Source: an uncultured Chloroflexia bacterium
GTDB taxonomy: Bacteria; Chloroflexota; Limnocylindria; Limnocylindrales; CSP1-4
DNA length: 64,000 nucleotides
Assembly: GCA_963766735.1 (NCBI GenBank)
Contig: CAVYBU010000027.1
Coordinates: forward strand, 1-64,000
Direction: 5' to 3'
Shown: piece by piece, positions 60,170 through 64,000 of the stretch
Position numbering within the stretch: the first letter of the stretch is position 1
How the letters are laid out: each line of letters opens with the position of its first letter
The notes under the pieces: model-generated
The model's database searches: none
The model's input: only the letters and a program-made list of their open reading frames with translations
Told to the model about the DNA's origin: nothing
Made by a program: the position numbers and the translations under genes

Positions 60170-60355
60170 TCAGCTCCGCTTGAGGCCGGCGAACAGGACG
60201 TAGGCCATGAGCGACATGGCGCCGCCGAGGGCGACCAGCATCGTAATGCCCGCGTAGTCCACCATCGCCGGGTCGACCGCGCTGGTGAACACAAAGTACA
60301 CCGCGGCGATGAACAGGAACACGATGCCCGCGAGGGCTGCGCGACGGGGGTTCAC
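60170..60355 (-). CDS. Small two-TM protein, CtaF N-half-like
   Basis: AAGGAG SD; FLFIAAVYFV..DYAGITMLVAL; position inside the cox operon. Confidence 0.7.
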   Translation of the reverse strand: MNPRRAALAGIVFLFIAAVYFVFTSAVDPAMVDYAGITMLVALGGAMSLMAYVLFAGLKRS

Positions 60356-60373
60356 GGTCGCTCCTTCTCCGGG

Positions 60374-61054
60374 CTACAGCAGGTACAGGATGGAGAACAG
60401 GAGGATCCACACGACGTCCACGAAGTGCCAGTAGAGCGACGTTGCCTCGACCATGTCGTGATGCTTGGCCGAGAACTGCCCTGCCATGCCGCGGTAGAGG
60501 ACCACCGACAGCATGAGGACGCCCCCGAAGACGTGGGCGCCGTGGAAGCCCGTGAGCGTGAAGTACGTGGTCCCGAACGTCGTGGAGCCCATCGTCAGGC
60601 CCTCGCCGATCAGGACGCTGTAGTCGAACGCCTGGAGCAGGAGGAACGTCACCCCCAGGACGACCGTGACCGCGAACGCTCGCACGAAGCCGCGGTGGTC
60701 GTCCCGCTGGATCGCCCAGACTCCCATCTGGCAGGTCGCCGACGAGAGGATCAGGATCAGCGTGGCCGGCAGGATCAGGTTGAGCGAGCCGTTCTCCGTC
60801 GTCAGCGCAAACGGGTTCAGCAGCTCCGCGTAGGCGGTCGGCGGCCAGACGTTCTGGAGGGAGCCGTTGACGACCTCCTGGTACCCGGCCCGGATGCTGA
60901 AGTAGGCCGCGAACAGGCCGGCGAAGAACATCACCTCGGAGGTGATGAACAACAGCATCCCCAGGACCGGCGTGCCGATCCCCCCGGAGCCGTGCCCCTC
61001 TGTGGCTGCGGCGTGGTCGGTGTGGGTGGTGAGGGCGGTGGCGTCGGCAGTCAT
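60374..61054 (-). CDS. ctaE: Cytochrome c oxidase subunit III
   Basis: LFITSEVMFFAGLF, LTGFHGAHV, YWHFVDVVW. Confidence 0.96.
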   Translation of the reverse strand: MTADATALTTHTDHAAATEGHGSGGIGTPVLGMLLFITSEVMFFAGLFAAYFSIRAGYQEVVNGSLQNVWPPTAYAELLNPFALTTENGSLNLILPATLILILSSATCQMGVWAIQRDDHRGFVRAFAVTVVLGVTFLLLQAFDYSVLIGEGLTMGSTTFGTTYFTLTGFHGAHVFGGVLMLSVVLYRGMAGQFSAKHHDMVEATSLYWHFVDVVWILLFSILYLL

Positions 61055-61068
61055 CGTCTCAGCCCCCT

Positions 61069-62691
61069 TCAGTGCCCGACCGTCCGGCCATGCCGGGCGT
61101 CGAAGACCGGTCGCTCGGAGCGGATCTCGGGCAGGTGGTCGAAGTTGTACGCGGGCGGCGGCGACGTGGTCGCCCACTCGAGGGTGTTGCCCTCCCACGG
61201 ATCGTCGCCGGCCACCTTGCCGTTGCGCAGCGAGATCAGTACGTTCCAGAAGAACGGCAGCATGCTGAACGCGATGATGAACCCGCCGATCGTGGCCGCC
61301 AGGTTGAGCTCGCTCCAGCCGGCGTTGCCCGCGTAGTCCGCGATACGGCGCGGCATGCCAGCCAGGCCCAGCTGGTGCATCGGGAAGAACGTCAGGTTGA
61401 ACCCGATGAACATGATCACGAACTGGAGCTTGCCCAGGGTCTCGTTGAGCATCCTGCCGGTCATCTTCGGGAACCAGTAGAAGATCCCGCCGAAGATGGC
61501 GAACACGGAGCCGCCGAACAGCACGTAGTGGATGTGGGCGACGACCCAGTACGTGTCGTGGATGGCGAAGTCCACCGGCACGGCGGCGGAGAAGGCCCCG
61601 TTGATACCGCCGATCAGGAACATCGTGAGGAACCCGAACGCGTACAGCAGCGGCGTCTGGAAGACCAGCTGGCCGCGCCACATCGTCGCGATCCAGTTGA
61701 ACATCTTGACCCCCGTCGGCACCGCGATCAGGAACGTCATCAGGCTGAAGAAGGGCAGGAACACGGCTCCCGTCGTGAACATGTGATGTGCCCAGACGGA
61801 GAAGCCGAGGGCGCCGATGGCGACGGTGGCGAAGATGAACGCCTTGTAGCCGAACAGCGGCTTGCGCGAGAAGACCGGCAGGATCTCGCTGATGATCCCC
61901 ATCGCCGGCAGGATCATGATGTAGACCGCCGGGTGCGAGTAGAACCAGAACACGTTCTGGTAGAGCACCGCGTTGCCGCCGTTGGCCGGGTCGAAGAAGT
62001 GGCCGCCGTAGTTGCGGTCGATGAACAGCATGATCAGCGCGCTGGTGAGCACCGGCGTGGCCATCAGCACGAGCACGCTCGTCACCAGGACCGTCCAGAC
62101 CAGGATCGGCATCCGGAACAGCGTCAGGCCCGGGGCACGCATCTTGAAGATCGTGACCAGGAAGTTGATCGCGCCCAGGATGGAGCTGGTCCCGATCAGG
62201 GTCAGGCCCATGATCCAGAGGTCCGTGCCGGTCCCGCTGTATTGGGAGCCCGAGAGCGGCGGGTATTCCGTCCAGCCCGACGCGGCCGCGCCACCCGAGA
62301 CCAGGAAGCCCGAGGCCATCAGGGCGCCACCCAGCGGCAGCAGCCAGAACGACAGCGCGTTGATCCGCGGGAACGCCATGTCCGGGGCGCCGATCTGGAG
62401 CGGCACGGCGTAGTTGCCGAAGCCCGCGAGGATCGGGATCACGAACAGGAACAGCATGAAGCTGGCGTGCATCGTGAACGCCTGGTTGTAGAACGCCTCG
62501 TCCACCAGCTGCAGCCCGGGCTGGGCCAGCTCGACGCGGACGACGAGCGCGAGGATGCCGCCCGCCACGAAGAACAGGATCGAGTTGATCAGGTACATGA
62601 TCCCGATCTTCTTGTGGTCGGTGGTCGTCAGCCACTCGTAGAGGCCGCCCCTGTATGCGGGAGCGGCGGGGCTGAGGGTCGTCGTGGCCAT
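61069..62691 (-). CDS. ctaD: Cytochrome c oxidase subunit I, type A2
   Basis: TDHKKIG, DMAFPRIN, FWFYSHPAVY, VWAHHM, VAHIHY, GMPRR. Confidence 0.97.
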   Translation of the reverse strand: MATTTLSPAAPAYRGGLYEWLTTTDHKKIGIMYLINSILFFVAGGILALVVRVELAQPGLQLVDEAFYNQAFTMHASFMLFLFVIPILAGFGNYAVPLQIGAPDMAFPRINALSFWLLPLGGALMASGFLVSGGAAASGWTEYPPLSGSQYSGTGTDLWIMGLTLIGTSSILGAINFLVTIFKMRAPGLTLFRMPILVWTVLVTSVLVLMATPVLTSALIMLFIDRNYGGHFFDPANGGNAVLYQNVFWFYSHPAVYIMILPAMGIISEILPVFSRKPLFGYKAFIFATVAIGALGFSVWAHHMFTTGAVFLPFFSLMTFLIAVPTGVKMFNWIATMWRGQLVFQTPLLYAFGFLTMFLIGGINGAFSAAVPVDFAIHDTYWVVAHIHYVLFGGSVFAIFGGIFYWFPKMTGRMLNETLGKLQFVIMFIGFNLTFFPMHQLGLAGMPRRIADYAGNAGWSELNLAATIGGFIIAFSMLPFFWNVLISLRNGKVAGDDPWEGNTLEWATTSPPPAYNFDHLPEIRSERPVFDARHGRTVGH

Positions 62692-62704
62692 CCCTGCTGC
62701 TCCT

Positions 62705-63551
62705 CTAGGGGTTCGCGCTTGCCGAGGGCGGCGGCGTGGGCGCCGCGGCAGCCTTCTCGATCTGGGCGGTGAGCCATCCGTCGAAGTCGGCCTTCGGCAG
62801 GGCGTGGACCTCGAAGATCATCGAGCCGTGGAACGCGCCGCACAGCTCCGCGCACTGGCCGCGGTACGTGCCGGGCTCCTCGACGGTGAAGCTGAAGACG
62901 TTCTCCTTGCCCGGCACCGCGTCCCTCTTGAACAGGAACTGGGGGACGTAGAAGGCGTGGATCACGTCTTCCGCCCTGAGCGTCACCGTGACCGGCTCGT
63001 CCACCGGAAGGACCATGCCGCCGTCCTCGCCCACCGGGAGGACCTGCGAGAACAGCGTCGCTCCGTTCGCGTCCAGGTAGTCGAAGTGCCACTGGTAGCG
63101 GGCAGCCACGGCCCGGACATGGACGTCGCTCGGGGGTTTGGCTTCGACGGTGTTGAGGGTCTGCCAGGACATCACGAACAGGGCCAGGACGATCGCGGTG
63201 GGGATCGCCGTCCAGATCACCTCGACCATGTTGTTGCCGTGGGTCTGGGGCGGGAGCGTCCTCGTCGCCGGGCTTGCGGCGGTACCGGAGCACCGTGAAC
63301 ACGATCGCGGCCTCGACGATCAGGAAGATCACCACCGCGATGTAGAACACGATGTCGTAGAGCGTCTTGGTGGCGACCGCGCGGTCCGTGACCGGCGTCG
63401 TGTTGCCGACCGGGAAGAAGCTGTCCCAGACCTGTTGCGGTGTGATTCCGGCCGCCGCCAGGACGGCGATCGTGGCGACCACAACCGCGATCGTGATCAG
63501 GCTGGCAACCAGGAGACCGGACCCGGTCCGGGACCGGGAGGGCATCGACAT
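62705..63551 (-). CDS. ctaC: Cytochrome c oxidase subunit II (frameshift near 63260)
   Basis: TMs, EVIWTAIP, DVIHAF, CAELCGAFHGSM CuA site; removing one G restores DETLPPQTHGNN; no cyt c domain. Confidence 0.93.
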
Positions 63552-63760
63552 CGGGTTCCTCGGATGGTGCGACCGGGTCATGGGCATGCCCGGCCAGCTC
63601 TGAGGTATTGCCGCCCGGGGACACGCGCCTCCCGTCACCGGGGGCGCCGGACCCGCGCACTATACCGGACGAACTGGTTTTGGGGGGCCAAATTGCCCGT
63701 GGCCTACCATGCCGTTCGGCCCCCGGATGTCGAAGCGCGGAAACGGGTGACAATGCGGGT

Positions 63761-64000
63761 GTGAATCCGACCCTGCTGGCGACCCGTCCGGGGCGCCCGA
63801 TACCAGCCGCGGCGAGGGCCGGCGCGGTCGCCTTGCTTCTCGCCGGCCTGGCCGTCGGGCCCTTTGCGCGATCGGCCCTGGCGCATGGGACGGAGATACC
63901 GCCGGAGCCCGACGTGCTCGCGTTCCTGCTCGGCTGGAAGGGCGATCCACTCATCTGGCTGCCCGTGATCGTCGCTGCGGTCCTGTGGCGCTCCGGCGTG
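63761..64000 (+). CDS. Probable CtaG-type cytochrome c oxidase assembly protein, 5' part
   Basis: Open frame VNPTLL..ALAHGTEIPPEPDVLAFLLGWKGDPLIWLPVIVAAVLW; divergent from the cox operon; truncated by window end. Confidence 0.6.
   Translation, partial: MNPTLLATRPGRPIPAAARAGAVALLLAGLAVGPFARSALAHGTEIPPEPDVLAFLLGWKGDPLIWLPVIVAAVLWRSGV

Noticed and set aside
2400-63265. Programmed frameshifting or pseudogenisation as the cause of split genes
   Set aside because: Unrelated genes, no slippery sites, uniform +1 pattern and no other decay; sequencing error is more parsimonious

Overview
High-GC bacterial chromosomal segment. Gene content and style suggest Chloroflexota, possibly Limnocylindria/Ellin6529 (inference). 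It is mostly housekeeping and metabolic DNA, with three tRNAs (Arg-TCG, Lys-TTT, initiator Met) and no CRISPR array, transposase or integrase. Main blocks: (1) a ~1.9 kb islet bounded by tRNA-Arg and a copy of its 3' end; (2) M23, HD, CAP and WYL genes; (3) a polar amino-acid ABC transporter; (4) an HTH-GAF-GGDEF diguanylate cyclase; (5) an operon joining a GltD/NfnB-like flavo-Fe-S protein to a split Rieske/cytochrome b complex, a cytochrome c-cupredoxin fusion and a Kelch protein; (6) a structurally variant FMN riboswitch ahead of a RibXY-type transporter; (7) a sulfate-ester utilisation cluster; (8) three META-domain lipoproteins; (9) an A2-type cytochrome c oxidase operon with copper chaperones and a second, closely related cupredoxin on a split/duplicated subunit IV-like protein. 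Most interesting: the apparent NADPH/ferredoxin - Rieske/cyt b - blue-copper - oxidase chain, a candidate sRNA with two CCUCCUCCC hairpin loops, the FMN riboswitch variant and widespread leaderless promoters. About eight genes carry single-base insertions, most likely sequencing errors.
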